This document shows, piece after piece, positions 47,501 through 62,229 of a stretch of 64,000 nucleotides of DNA (positions are counted from its first letter, which is position 1; each line of letters opens with the position of its first letter). The DNA is taken from contig NMRA01000398.1 in assembly GCA_002633005.1 (NCBI GenBank), positions 355,944 through 419,943 on the forward strand, in the 5' to 3' direction. Position numbers and translations under genes: made by a program. The notes under the pieces were generated by a model that saw only the letters and a program-made list of their open reading frames with translations, ran no database searches and was not told where the DNA came from. This DNA comes from Phoronis australis (Eukaryota; Animalia; Phoronida).

Positions 47501-49749
47501 TTCCAGTGAGGTCCTAGAGTTCCTGAACTCTACTTCGGATTAACACCGTAACGGATGTTGCATATGCTACGGGCTCCGCCCTTTTGTGGTACCTGCTCCC
47601 ACAGCATTATTAGAGGTACCAATAACATAAGCGTAGGCCTATAAATTTTCTTTGACTATGGAAGCACTGACCTCAGGTGGTGCACGTTTGGCATGGGACA
47701 CCGCCATTTTCAATGTGTGGGGTCAATAGTGTGGGGCCCCACTGAGTAAGCTACGCTAATATATTGTAGGTGTCGTTGTGCTGCTCAAAGCTAGTACATA
47801 AAGGTCTCAGGTACCTAAAAGTGCAAAGACTCATCAAGGCGCCAAACATTCCTCGATCGGTATTTTAACCATTCTTGAATTTACAGTTTGGGTTTTGTAC
47901 AGAGTGACAGAAATCTGCAAAACTGATATGTGCGCGAAATGTGTATATTTGACATACGCGTGTATGTAGCATTCTTGATATTGTAATCGGCACAAGCAAG
48001 GGGGACCTGATTATAGGGGGCTGAACACATGAAACCTTCCAGTTCGATCAGCTGACTTTACCCAATGAACACACGTCTCATCAAGCAGAAGCCGTCTCAA
48101 TTGCTTTTCTTATCAAAGGTGAAAATCACTCGTTAATTTCTTTTGCTTTGGGGTAATTGCTGTGATGACCATTCGAGTAGGGGCTCCGCTTTTCGACCTA
48201 TGCAACGGAACTCGTCATTGCTTAATCCGGCACTGGTGTCCAGTGCGATAGTATCTGTTGTTATGTTATGGTGGCTTGTACTAGAGAGTTTCAGCTACAC
48301 CTTAAACGTGAGGTCGGCATTCTTTGCTTTCTACGTCGCAATAATGACCTTCAATTTCGCATTCAGTCTTGTCACACCAACCTCTGACCCCGAGTACAGT
48401 AACTGCACAACGTGAGCTTTAGTTTCTGATTTATCTTAAATATCACTAAATTAATAGCAACTTTTGGTGTTGATAAAAAATTTAGCCCTGGAGCGATCTG
48501 TTTCATAAAAAAGTGACTTTTGAGACTTAGAACAGAAATTTGGCCTTACGCTCCATGCATCTATATCTGAAAACAAAATTAAGTCTCACTTTAGTAAATA
48601 TGCAATCTATCTGTGTCTATACACATAATTTCTTGTCAATGAGATAATTTCTACATGTCTGAATGATTTCTAGACGGCAATGCGCTCCTTTACTTGGCTA
48701 AACCTTCATTCAGAAATAATTAAGTGAAAGCATGACATCGAATTTCTTCCTCAAGTAGTAAGCCACTTTCCTGAAACAGACCCAAGGAGATGGTGGCGAC
48801 TAGTGCATAAGTTGCATGTGTATAACAGGCTGAATGTTTGAATTACCACCTTGGTTCCGAGGCTCCCGTCGCGTTGTTGATTTATCTCGCAGAAACCACA
48901 GTAATTAGGTGGAAATGGGCGACACAGAAAACTAAACGAATGTTTCGTACACAAACAACCCATGTTTTCATCAGAGTAAAGAGACGAATGCTTTGATTAG
49001 AAATGCATGTACTCAAAGCCAACAGAAATAGCTGACACATATCTTTTTCTGGGTTTTTTCAAAGTAACTTTTTAAATCGTATAAAATGACATCTTAGAAG
49101 GTTTATACCTGGGATATTGATTGCTTTCACCGAGTGCAAATATACAATGTCGAAGCTTTGACACCCTCCCGCCTGTCGCCACTTATTTGCCGCCTCCTGG
49201 AAACCAAGTCACCATCCATTCCTCGCACCCGCAGCCTACGTCTGGCGCCCGGGAGCAGCTGCCCTACTCCCCTGCCCCGACACTCGCCACTTCGAGACAC
49301 GGGATTTTCATCCAAACTACACAATTTGTAGAGGAACTCAAGTCGCAGACACTGCGTACATGCATCAATTACGAACTGGAAAATTTGAGGTTGTCTAACT
49401 CCAGTGAACTCTGAGGCGCTGATGGTTTCCATGGTATGTTTGATAACGGAAATAGAACCTTGTCGTGGTAAAAATTATGTGAGACCGATTTCGGCCAGCT
49501 CAATAGCCTTCAATGCGCAAATTCACCAAAAAGCAGTTGTTATCAAAATGACCGACTATAGATTAGAATTTAATAATTGTCATTGCTTGTCAATGGATGT
49601 CAATTGTATTTACGCAAGGAAATACGCGCGCCCTTGGATATGAACGGGCAACGAATGAACGCTGAGATGTATAACACGTTTCTATGAGATTGATCATACG
49701 TCAGTGAAGGTTTATGATATGACTGTTATGGTATCCAGCTTTCAATAAT

Positions 49750-52526
49750 GGGGCTATTCGGAAAATCTACAATAACTAGAGGGCGTGCGTGTACTAGTGG
49801 TGATAGATTAACAGCCTCGATTTCGCGAGCCCTTTAAATACATGGTGAAATGGCTTGCAGCCGTGCCAACTGAATCTGAGATTGCGTAAAAAGGGTGCTT
49901 CTATGAGAGGAAGTAAGCATGACCTCATACAAAGGTAAGGTTTGTGATTATTTTTACGATTATTCCATGATTATTCTACCGATGCCTGTTAACTGTAGCA
50001 CTCGCCGATGTCGACTTCGCGGCAGTCAGTCGCCAGCCAGAGTCTGGTTAATCTTTGTATTTTGTGATATGTGATACGATACTTGACGTGGCAATAGGGA
50101 TCATTTCGTACATCAAAGCATTATTATTGTCTGGAAAGATTTCTAAAAGTTTATCAGTGACAGTTACATCAATCAATGCTGAATGTTTATGCTGTCAACT
50201 CGATACAGGTTAATGAATTAAGATTACAATCCAATCCCAATGGCAAAGGGTACGCGAGTGATAAATATTCATTGCATTAGACTATTTGTTTACTCCCTAT
50301 CATATGTCTTCTGGAAATCTATTACACGTTGAAATGGAAATCACGTCAGTTTTCACGTAACCATTGGTTTTTAGGTTTGAAGGCTTGTACCGTATATTTT
50401 ACAGACAAGTGATGCGTTTAAAGAATTGTTATGGCTAGGGATAAAAAATAAAGACACAGTTTTATGCAATACTTATTATATACACCCTTGGTTTCTGAAA
50501 ATAGTAATTATTTACTTTTATGTGAAACTGTTGACCAATCACCATAAATTTTTGAAAAACAGGGATAACATTTTTGATCCAATCTGGAGTACTTAATTAT
50601 TCATATTTCAATATTTGTTCCAGGTTCAGTGACATTTTAAGGCCACTTCAAGCTGTATCATAGACAAGCTTTGTTACTCCGTTCTCTTCCCACAGCACTT
50701 CCACACACCAGCAGTGCTGCATGGCACAATGTGCAAGTCAGTGGCCCTGCAGAAATGTGAATCGCAGTACTAAGTTACCATAAGACAATGTGCCAGTGGA
50801 CTGTCTGTGTATCCAGACGAACTATATCTGACTGCTACACAAATAAGCCTTGTTGGTGAGGATGCCCTTTCATAGGCAATGAGTCATGTGTGGACAATAG
50901 CTTATTTCCTTTCCTGGAAGAAACATGAGGGACTGAAGCTAAAGAAGACCTAGTCACACTCTGGTCTAGTTCAGAGTCTGATTTTGGGCTCAAAACGATT
51001 CAAGTGATATGCTGCTGTGTTTACCTTCAAGGGTCTAATTGTGGATGTTATTGAGGCTGAATGAGGTTACATGAAAGAAAGCCACGTGTTGAAACTGGAC
51101 CTTTTTTACAAGCGCTTCTATAGGCCATTGAAACTAGAACCCAGTGAAATGAAAGCCAAAAGCTGAGTGACATTAAATTTTCCTTTCAGAAGAAAGGCTT
51201 TATACTATTGGTAAAAACTTTTCAATTTGGTACAGATTATGGGGAAATGACATTCAGTGACTGCATCGATTGTCTTATTGTATGTTTTCAATTGTAGCTA
51301 GCTGGATAAGAATCTGCTATGCACAAGATTCGAGAATAAACAATTATCAGTGTATTTAAAAACAAATGGCAAACTGAAAAAGCACAGAAAGAAACAACAT
51401 TGCGAGGGAGTCCATAATCAGGCATATCAGGTGCTGAATTTCTGAATTACGTTCAATTCTCTCAGGTTATTGCTGAAGGATTGCTTTTCACTTTGTCCAA
51501 CGGTGAAATAGATGGTCAGGCGGTTGGTTTCAGTTGTTTTTTCTTGCCTGTAACAGAATAGAAATATTAGCAAATTGTAAAAGAAAAGACAAGACAAAAC
51601 TACTTTTGTAAGGCAGAACATACTTGACATTTCATCTTCATGTTTATGTGTAGAAACTAATAACCTTTGTACCCAAGTCTTATTTAATATCTGAATTAAA
51701 ATATGTGAAACAGGCTAAAAGTGATTTAACAATGTGTATTTTTCATGACACTTAAAATGTGCTTCTGATCTCAACAAGTAAAATTCATTCTAGGTGTCAA
51801 TTTATTTCCAATGCAATGTTACGACATTTACTGAATTAAGGCTTATTCATGTTAATTCGATAACTGAGCTGGTGGTCCTGGGGGTGGGGTCCACGATAAA
51901 ATAAGGAAACTCACTCATCTAGAGAATTTTATTGGAAACAGCATAGTTTTGAAGAGAAACTGCTGTGAAAAAGTCACTCTTGACTTCTGTGCATCACGTA
52001 CCATACACCTCTTATTTTGGGAGCACTCCCACCCAGGACAATATGAATATGTGCTGCTAGCCTACCCGGCATCGGGTGAGTTTCCAAAAAGAAACACTTA
52101 GTTCCACTCAATAAAACTGTTATTCAGTGGGGTAACTGGTGGGGATAACATCACCGAACGATGTTGATAGAAACTGATTGCTAAAAACTTACCAAGTAAT
52201 GTTGTGTAGTCTCCGAATGGAACTGCATAGTCATAGACATAGAGCACACACGGGGCTTCAGCATCCACACACTTTTTGTCAGTTAGTTGACCCTGTTGAC
52301 CGCAATTGTCCACGAATATAGTAACCTTAGGTCTTTTGGGAATTTGTGGCCACCTGTCGAAGACTTGCACCAGGGAAATTAGCAGTAATAAGGCTTAGCG
52401 CGACGACGTATTTTGATAAAAATTCCTTCTTTTACCAGTTGTTTACATGCAGACAGCCACGCATGCGCAATTTAATCACCACTAGTACAGCAGCGACACC
52501 GCGAGGAGAATTCTCCGAATAGCCCC
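49750..52526. mobile_element. Degenerate ISL2EU-like DNA transposon with TIRs and an AT target duplication; convergent SAP/YqaJ-exonuclease (+) and THAP (-) remnants
   Basis: TIR GGGGCTATTCGGA...GTACTAGTGGTGAT at both ends, each flanked by AT. Plus strand: LRLRKKGASMRGSKHDLIQR (SAP-like, ~49865-49934) and SGLSVYPDELYL..., LKLKK...VFTFKGLIVDVI...LKLDLFYKRFYRP (YqaJ-like, ~50790-51130). Minus strand: C*FPWCKSSTGGHKFPKD...W...VCS (THAP, ~52190-52395). Confidence 0.75.
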
Positions 52527-53599
52527 ATTATGTCCCTTGATGCAAAATCATTTCCAAGCAATAGCCAGTACTGAGTTTTTGTATAGGAAACTACATGGAC
52601 AAATCTGTGTAATTAGCCGCCTCAGTAGTTTTTCTGTTGTCGTTTTTTCCTGCTTCGAAATCACCGTCTGAGTTTTACACATTTACAATGCAGAAGTTAT
52701 GAAAATGGTTTAACATCGATCCTAACTCAGATTGGTTGTGCTCTTTCTGCATGGGAAAACTGAAAAGTCTTTGGTATTATCACAGGGGTCATTGTGTACC
52801 AGCACACCGCGAGTTCCATGCAAGCCCAGCAGGCGTACATGTACTGTACATATACAAGCACATCAAATCCAACCTGACGTGACTGTACAACGACAATTAA
52901 TTGCTAAATTCGAAGCTGTTATTGGCAGGAAACAGAGTCATAGTACATTTAACGGTTGCTGAATGTAACAAAATCTACCTCCCGGGTTGCAAGAGTAAAT
53001 CTTGTTAAGGTACATCTGTACGAGAAGTGCAGGTAAAAAGTATAAGTGCTGAGCAAATTCGGTTACGATATGACCACTTGCATGTTTCTCGTTTGGTGGC
53101 GCATTTTCTTGAATTTCCTCCCAAAAGAACGAGCAATCAGAATCAAACCTAGACTTTTGCAAGCTAAATTGTCAACGCCTGAGAACCCATTGACAATAAT
53201 ACAGTACGCGTCCTACGTGACATGCACAAGACATGTCAAAAAGATTTTTTTACTTCGCTGAATGAACATTATTTATGCAAAACAATTCAAAGCAGGTGTG
53301 TTGTTTTCGGAATACCCTGGTCTCCATTTGAAATTTTGAGTTTATATCATTGTGGAAATACTGTTTGTTTGTTTTCGAACGTACTTGGTCTCCACTTGAA
53401 GTTCCGAGTTTACTATCTTGTAGAAATTCGGTTTTTAAAGTAAACATGCTTTGGATTTGTACTCATTCTGGTTCTTATTGCCTATAATAAGCACTGGAAC
53501 GACGTTGGGAAGAATAGGATGCAATTACATAAACTTTAACAACACAAGAAACAACAAAGACCTTATATTTTTATACTGTGCTGACATTTTGTCCATATG

Positions 53600-55465
53600 A
53601 CGTGAAAAGTATTAAAATCGGCGACGTTATAACGACTTCGTTATAACACAATACGCAGATGACACAACTTTCACATTGGACGGAACTCCAAGATCCCTGG
53701 CAGCACTTATGAATAACCTAGATCTCTATGCAGGGATGTCGGGGCTGAAGATAAACTATTCTAAGACAAAAGTAGTGTGGATTGGAAGTAGAAATTCTCT
53801 CAAGAAGTGTTTCAACGCACGCGTTGGAAACTAAAAGGGGGTGACGTTGATTTTAAGCTTCTGGGTATTAATTTCAGAGTGAACTTGAATACCATGTCCA
53901 AAGATAACTTTGATGCAAAAATAATGGAAATGAAGAGTCTGATTAATATATGGTCTCGTAGAAAGCTGACTATCTTTGAAAAGGTCACAGTATTAAAACA
54001 CTTGTGCTTCCAAAAATTATACATCTGCTAATGCTGCTCCCAAGTACCAATGATACTACTTCTAGGTATATTGCATCTTTGTTTTTTAAATTCATTTGGG
54101 ACGGAAAACCTGATAAAACAAAAAGAGGAGTACTCATTAAATCCATAGAAGAGGGTGAATTGATGATGGTTGGTGTCGACAAATTTAATATGTCTTTAAA
54201 AATTTCATGGATTAGAAGATTCTTTGTAACAACATTCCCATGGACTTATTTGTTACAAAAAGATATCGGGCTTACTAGAGATGGAATGTTGAACTATGGA
54301 GACTATAGATTAACTATATCGGATAATTGTAACTCTTTTGGGGCAGAATGCTTCCAGTATTGGAGCCTTTTAATTCACAAACAAACTATTTCAGGTCACG
54401 AAGATGCGGTGTCAATTAATGTTTGGGCCAACAGTAGTACAACGGTGGAATACAGCCCTTGTATTTATGAGTCATTCGTTGAAAAAGGTATAATATTTGT
54501 GAACGATTTTTTAGACTGAAATGGTAACTTCTACACCTTTGAAAGTTTCCAGATGATTCATCAGATTAATGTCAGCTTAATATTATTCAATTGTCAGTGC
54601 AATAAAAAATACCTGAAAACGTTTTCCAAAAACATAATACTAAAAAAGATATATGGACCACTTGTACCTTTTTCCCTAAAAAATATGATTTTGACGAAAA
54701 AGCGGTGTCGGGACTATTACCATATTCTGTGCAAAAATGGTATAATACCATCGGCTCCAAAGAAATTTGAAGTATTATGATTTTCACTATCAGAGAAGAT
54801 GTGGAACTTCTATTACAAACTTCCACATGTGAATGTACGAATGACACAAGGCAGCTTACTTTTCTTTTAAGTTCCGCTTACTGCATAGAATTCTACGTAC
54901 TAACTACTTTTTAAATAAGATTAGATACGTGGACTCAAATTCTTGTACTTTTTGCAAATGCTTTCCCGAAACTCTAGAACACTTATTCTTTGAATGTGAA
55001 TATGTTAATTCTTTCTGGTTAACGACTACAATGCAAATAAATTTTGAAATAGACAAAAGCACCATAATATTTGGTCTTTGAAATGAAAAGAATAGAATTC
55101 TGAATTGGTTTCTTTTACAAACTAAAATTTTCATTTTTAAAATGAAATTTGTTAACGTCAAACCTAATTTAGGTCTTAAAAAAATTTTGAATGAGTGTTT
55201 CAATGTAGAAGTTAGTGCTTCGTTAAACACACGTAAATTTAATGATACAAAAAATGGGGAGATTGGAAATGTGTTTTTGAAACATGAGGGGACCCAGAGA
55301 GTTTACCAGATGCCAGAACAGAAATTTAAGTAGTACTTTTTAACTTCAAAGTAACAATGAAATGCTTTCTCGTTATTTTTTGCACAGTTCTGTACGTTGT
55401 TGTGTTGTGTATATTTGTATATGTATCTGTCTTTTGTAATAAATGTATTAATTGCGAAAAAAGCT
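53600..55465 (+). mobile_element. 5'-truncated, frameshifted L1/Tx1-clade non-LTR retrotransposon ORF2
   Basis: QYADDTT, SGLKINYSKT, KLLGINF, WSRRKLTIFEKVTVLK, FIWDGKPDK, zinc knuckle CTFCKCFPETLEHLFFEC, and an AATAAA/A-rich 3' end. Confidence 0.9.
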
Positions 55466-55589
55466 GTGTGCAGGTAATGTCCTGAAACAGTTATTGCATT
55501 AAGATCTTGTTAGACAAATGAGTTCATGGCTCGGTCAAATAAAAAATTAGTGCTAGACTGGTGTGAGTATACGCTAATAGATAAACATG

Positions 55590-58500
55590 CCATGTAACCA
55601 ATCACCATGATTTTATTTCCGAATAATTACATGTATGTCTACAAATGTGTCTTTTACACCATGTGATTAAACTGACGATTCCCATTACATACCTAATTCT
55701 CCATTTTGAACGCCACAAATCCCCTAATTCCACTGAAATTCAAAGATAACAGCGAATGAGAATTTGACGGCTCTAACAATCACTGCTCTTTACTAAGGTC
55801 TTTGAATCAAGTGCAGAGAGCAATTTGCTGACAAGACTTTCCAAAATAAAGATGAACTGGAATGGTTAATTCCAGAATTGCATTTGATGACCAGTTTTTG
55901 GAAGATGAACATGCAAAACGTTTTTCTGAAGGTGACAGTAATATCAAACCGTTCTTTGACACTTATAGGGGCATTAGGTTTATGGTCGAGGCGCCCATTC
56001 CAGGATTATTGCTGAATGGGGTAGACGTTTTCAAATTGTTAATGTTGACCAGAGCTTTAATTTGTTGATGTAGTTTTATTTAAAATTGTAGATTCTGGTC
56101 ATCGTATTCCAGACATGCGCTGAAATTATGATCGCTGACTTCACACTTTCGAAATACTGCTTTTAAAAATACTTTGACCTACGGTGAGGTGGATTTAGAT
56201 CAGCAAATAAAGCGGTTTCCTACAACAGGGAATTTCTGTTCGATTCCACCCCAGGGTTGATCTCAAAAAAGTACTTTTTCCTGTCGATAGTGTCACTTTA
56301 ACGCGACAGCAAACGTTGAAATTGCAATATTCCTTGGGTGGATCCAGAATTTTTGAAATGGGGTCAGATCAACGATTTTTTAAAAAGGGGGACTCAGTCA
56401 ACGATGTGAAAATTACAGGTGTTACATCACTAAAATCAAAGGAAAAGAGGTACCGGACCCCCTTGACACCCCGGATCCGCCTATGGTGACCGGCATATAC
56501 GAGCTGATCAGATTTGTTTTCAAAAGTTAATTGTCAAAGCACAATTGTTCAAAATAACAGAGTACAAGAATAACAGTGTGTCTCCGAGTAATTAGAACTA
56601 AATAGTTTTGATATGTCCAAGCCATCTTTTAACAAGCTCAAGCGGATACGCGTTTTTACCTAGACGGGTTTATAAAACAATGACAGCTTCACCCATTTGC
56701 TAATGAACTATAAATGATAATTTCCTTACACAAAATATGTTGCAATATGTCAGACAAAGGAGTCATCGTCGTTCCTATATAACTACATGTTTTTACTGTG
56801 ATATCGTGAAAATAAAGCATGCGTAATCAATAAGCATTTTTGTAAAACAGTCCTAAGCTCGACTCGATTATAGGACAACATTACAGGATGCGCGCGCATG
56901 TATGACTTGTCGCAAATCAGCAGTAAGTAACTCCCGCCAATGTTTAACAATAAATGGTAAACGATTCTTCCGTTAAGAGTAAAAGGCAAAAAATAAAAGT
57001 AACTACCTCCCCTTTTGAGTTGTTACAAATGTCAGTAATGTCCTGCCCCCGTTTCATGTTGGACAATTAAAACGGTAGAGATACCTACATTGATTGATAC
57101 TGTATTTAGTGATCATGTCTTAAACTGAACTAATAAACTAGACATAGTTCGCCAGAATTCTGCCAGCCTCTGTCGTACTCTGCCAGAATTGTTGGGAAGT
57201 TTACTCCTGTAACACTGTATACGTAAAACTTTACATGTAGTACGACGATATTTCCCCTAAGGCTAGTTGTTTATTTATGAAGGAACTTGCGATTTCGACA
57301 ACACGTGCTGAGACTTTGTCGAGAATTAGCCAGAATTGACACGGATTTTAGTCGAAAAGGAAATGATGCTTACTTGTGTGCTCTCAATTTATCGAAATTG
57401 CCCAGTTTATTTTGGAAACTTTTGTATGTGATGTCGTATGACAACTTTTTTCAAGCTTTATGTGTATAAATTCTTTATAAGATAATTCGACTCGGTTCGC
57501 AGGCGTACAACAATCAACAATTGTTTTGCATGAAATTCTATGGTATAAGTTGTTGGAATTACCCACAGCATCACTGATCAAAACAAGGGCTGAAATCATA
57601 TGTTTACCGCCAACTATCAAGACTGTATAAAATACTCAAGATGCCAGAGAGAAAGTTTGAAAATATCTTTCTAATGTTTGCATGGGACAGTTCAACACTT
57701 TATTCTCTTGTGTTTTTATTTCCATTAATTTGGATAGGGTTGAATGTTTGACTATAAAGAGACGGATGCAAATTTTATTTAAGCAATGTTGCCGCTCAAT
57801 GCACGTCTTAAATCTTTTCATAGCATATCGGAAAATAATTTTCTTTCCCAAACACCACCTCCAAGACATCTATTAGTAAAACAGAGTCAAAAAGTCACCA
57901 ATTTCTACAATATTGACCTCCAAACATTTGGCTGATTCATTTCAAAGTATGGCGAAAACTCAGTTCAGTTTGATGGCCAAAAGCAAGGTGTTCCTTAAGC
58001 AAGTAGAGTTTCGAGACAAATTTGCCAGTGGCAATAAACCCGTTTCGTGTTATTCATGTTTAGGCCGTACGTAGGGAGGAAATGTCCTGTTGTAGAGTAA
58101 CTGAAACACACTTTCGAGACGTTATACCACGGTGATTATGCGCATGATATGAAATGTCATTTTACCTCCTATAAATGTTAGAGTAAGAACTCGTGAGCTT
58201 GAGCTGCGCTACACGCGCATCGTGAGATAGTCTGGGCTTAGAAGATCTACAGCTCATACACGTTGTCTTGTAAGTTGTTTTGTGCCGTTTAATCAAAGCC
58301 AAAGGTCACAAGTCCGGTCGTTGCACGTTGGTGCAAACCCGACGCGACGTTTGTACAAGAGTGAGACGTTGGAGCTAATGTTAAGTTACTTCGCCACCGT
58401 CTTCACGTGCCAAGTTATTGAAGTGCGAGCGCAGCAAAACAGAAGTTACGACTATTGATGAATGCGACCCCTAATTTAACAGATGAGCGTCGCATCCCAA

Positions 58501-59050
58501 ATACATTATCCCTTCATAAAAATGCCGATGTCATAAATAATATCCATTCAGTAGTTTTCAAAATTAAGAAGACAACGTCGAGTTCGACCCTCGGCCTATA
58601 AATATGCATCTTAATTATCATTTTTTCGACTAGAATCCGTCTTATTTTATCTAAATCGTCACAAAATTTTGACAGGTGGTGCTCCGTCCACCTTGTGGAG
58701 TCGAAATAGGACAAATTACTGAGAAACGCCATTGCATAAATAAAAAATGGCTAGGCGCAAACCGTCACATGAAACTCCGAGAAAAAAATTAACACAACGC
58801 TATTTTGTTGGCACAAAAATCAACCTAAATTGGCAATTGATTCCGGAACGAAGTGTATCCGCGTTTGGCAGAGTTGAAGTCTGATGAGTTTAGTTTGAAA
58901 ACTAGTGAAATTGATGGTGAACTCTATGCATTTCTTACTAGCATCACATCAATGACAAGCTGAGACGGAATAGATATTGTGAGTTGAACATTTCAAAGTA
59001 AACATAGTTCCGCCACGATGCACGTGACAACTAGCGCATGCTGGTTGACT
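55590..59050 (+). repeat. Diverged paralogous copy of the 19970-25400 region (downstream flank of the duplicated ZP gene)
   Basis: Collinear anchors such as taaccaatcacc...ttttatttccgaataattac, ctgacaagacttt, tacgagctgatca, cagacaaaggagtcatcgtc, gctgattcatttcaa and gacaggtggtgctcc...gaaataggacaa. Confidence 0.75.
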
Positions 59051-59152
59051 TATTTTAAAAATATTAACTTCGTGAGAGCTTGTGATATTTGAATCGACTT
59101 AGAAAATGCCTGCGGTAGCTAAATTAGTAGCAGCACTTCATTGCATCGATCT

Positions 59153-61521
59153 TCAGTCTTTGTATTCTCGGTAAGTGACGTTACGTTTGGCAAAAAAGCC
59201 CGCCAAGCAAATGACCAGCAACAAAAGGAAAGCAAGAACTGAAACCACAGCATAGAACACAGTGATGTTAACATATCCTCTACAGGTGTCGGTTTTGAAG
59301 TCCTCCTTGTATTGGTCTTTGTTTTCGGGCATTCCCTCTGCAAGAAAAGAACTTACAGTGACATTAGGCCCAAACCATGCGTTTACACAGCTGGCTTAAA
59401 AAGAGGATGCCGAGCTTTTGGTGGTGTAAGTAAAGAGGCTTTAAATTGAACTTTTGACCTGGATAATTTATCTCTATAAAATGGGTTTCAGTTTGCTCCT
59501 TACACCGATTAGAAAATATTTACCGAAGGGCTGAAAGCTCGTTGCTTTTTGAGACCGCGCTCGGGTTGTCAGCAATAACGAAACGTCTATCCGTTGCAAA
59601 CCCAAAATCACGTCTAATCCGAGTACGGAACAAATGGAGACTAATGCAAAGTGATTTAATGTCATGTAGGACCAATTCGACAAGTAGTATGCACATTTAA
59701 CCAAATACGTGTATCTACTTAAGTGTAGCTACATACAGCGTATCCGATCAAACTTTAGGTGCAACGTCGAAACTTTTCCAAGGAAAATATTTTAAGTCCC
59801 TTTTTAATAGCCTTTCATGCAAAGGGGAACATTTTAAAAACATTTTCGATCACCGGCTTAGAGAATCCAAGACAAAGAATAGCATTTTAATTCTCGTATG
59901 ATAAACCAAATGTGGAGATTCTTCTTTGGTCTTGCATAATCTCAATTGGGACACGTTACAAAATTTCATTTTACTATATGAATGTTTAAGACTGAATCCC
60001 AAGAACATGGTTAGAATTTCGAAGTTATCATTCCGTTTTCGTCGTTTACAATTTTGAACTTTTCATTAAAATCCTGAACGCCTTTTTTTGGTAACCTCAT
60101 ATGCAAAACTGGAACATTTGGAAAACAATTCCTGATTTTGTTTTGAGAACATGAGAGCAAGTTCATTTTCTGAAAGTTTCATGTGAGTCTGATCAGCCAT
60201 TCTGAAATATGGTGATATGCAACATTTGGAGAAATACTACAGAACTAAAAGTACATGTATGTCTAAATTAATTTACCTTCGTTAGAGACTTGTAACTCCA
60301 TCTCTAACACCTGTCTGACAGATTCACCGTCTGCAGACCTTCGTTTACGTCTAACTGTGCTACACGTGTTTCCGTTCGTCTGAAACAGCAGCGCTTAAAA
60401 TTTACCAAATGCTCAATCACATAAATTACAAGTAAGCTCTAGTGAGTCATCTAGATTTCTTCATGTTTAAGTTCGGTTATATGGTTTTACGAATAAATAT
60501 TACCTGATTTTTGGTTTCTCGCGAAAACTCTACAGTGACTTCATAAATGGTGGAGCTTTGGCCGTAAAACCTGAACGTTGTCATGTCAACACACATGGCT
60601 TTGCTCGAGGGATCGGTTGTGGGGAAACTGGGACCCACTTGAGTAATGGTGTTGGATTTGCATCTGAAAGGTTAGAACAATGAATAGTGACTGATGCATC
60701 GACCAAATAACCGAAATATATAAACCAAAGGCATGGCAAAACTAAAGTGCTGCGCTTATATACTGGATCAATTAAAGGTTTATTAAAAAAATTCAGTGGT
60801 TATTTTGAGTCTTCCAAACTGGGTAAATCAAAAAATATCTTCAAACTACAAGTGTTTTACAAAATTATCAACACAATTAGTTTTCTTTTGATAGTTCTGC
60901 AGTTATTACTTTGGTTAAACTTACCCTTCTTTAATGATGTAAAACTTCTTACCGGAAGCATCTATGGTTACAACGTCAACTACTATAGCGCCCTTGTATG
61001 CTGAAATAAAATGGTTTGCAGGCCAGTGAATTGTGGTCTTGTGGCTATATGGCTTGCCATGCAAATAAACAGGAAGCTCGTAGAAAAGCAACAGTGACGA
61101 AGAGAACCAAATTAGGGGGGGATGTGAAGGTCAAATTGTTAGTTGCAAGGGAACGAAACGGCTCAAAAATATTTAACCTATCAAAACAATGTTGTTGTGA
61201 TGTCAGTCTTCGGTATTACTCGATTGTGATGCTTAATAAAGAGACAACAATAATGACAAATTAAGAAGACATTATGGGTGTTATGGAAATGTCATTGGGG
61301 CACATTAATAAGTGTTTTCGTGTTTAGACAACACCGTGTACTTGTGTTGCACTCGTTTTTCACAGCGCGGATACATACGATTATCGTCACTAAATTTGGG
61401 CTCAGCACACAATTGGAATCGTACTCCTAGTGTCGCTAGTGAAATCGGTTGTCCATTGATGTAGGCATGCAGAGAAGATGACGGCGGCGCAGCTCTTTCA
61501 GCGTTAAGATCTCTCCAGTTT
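59153..61521 (-). CDS. 3' five exons of a tandem paralogue (ZP-C, furin site, TM): 61521-61379, 61000-60925, 60663-60504, 60379-60277, 59337-59153; 5' part lies beyond the window
   Basis: Exon lengths (143, 76, 160, 103, 185 nt) and phases are identical to exons 9-13 of the first gene; frame intact with RRKRRS, TM VFYAVVSVLAFLLLLVICLAGFFA and TGA at 59155-59153. Confidence 0.88.
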
Positions 61522-62229
61522 CTGTAACCAACAACTACGTAAATCAAAGCAATTACTGGGAACAATTTTCAGGTAACATGTTGTGATTGCGCCCTGATCC
61601 TGGAATATCTTGTCTCCAGTTAACAGAAATAGCTAACAAAGTTTGCAAACTGGCGGCCACTGAAGTCATGCATCTGATTCCTAGCAGCTGGCAGTTTCTA
61701 CTTGTACTTTCAATTGATTCAGAATGCATGCTATTTCCCATGCCAAATCACAAAATATACATGTAGAGGTAGTAAGCTATTATTAAAATTCGGAGAACCA
61801 TAGAACGCGCGTGAGCGCGTCGTATAGATATCGCCTATGGGACACTACCATTGTTTTCCTTTGTTGGGTCGTTCTTGGATATCCCAATACATGTAGCACG
61901 GCTATCGTACCTTTGGCACTCAAATGCAGGTTGCCAATGAATGCTTACTACTATTTTTACGATAAGAAAGAAAAAAAAACACCATGGATACGCCTATCTA
62001 CCGATATCTATGAAACAAGCTTGCAACCTAGTTTCCCGTGGGCTACGTTTCCAGTCCTCCTGAACGGGTACGGTTACATTGTACCGGTACATTCATTAAA
62101 CAAGAACACGGGAACTTTCGACATAATTTTCAATTGCGTAAACTGCACCTAGGGGGCGCAGTCGTAGCGGCTAGTACCCGGTTATGTACATGTACACATG
62201 GTAATTCTAGGACATAGTCTCTTTTGGTA

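Noticed and set aside
49121-49432. GC-rich patch with overlapping ORFs on both strands
   Set aside because: No recognisable domain or splice context; the open frames are explained by local GC content.
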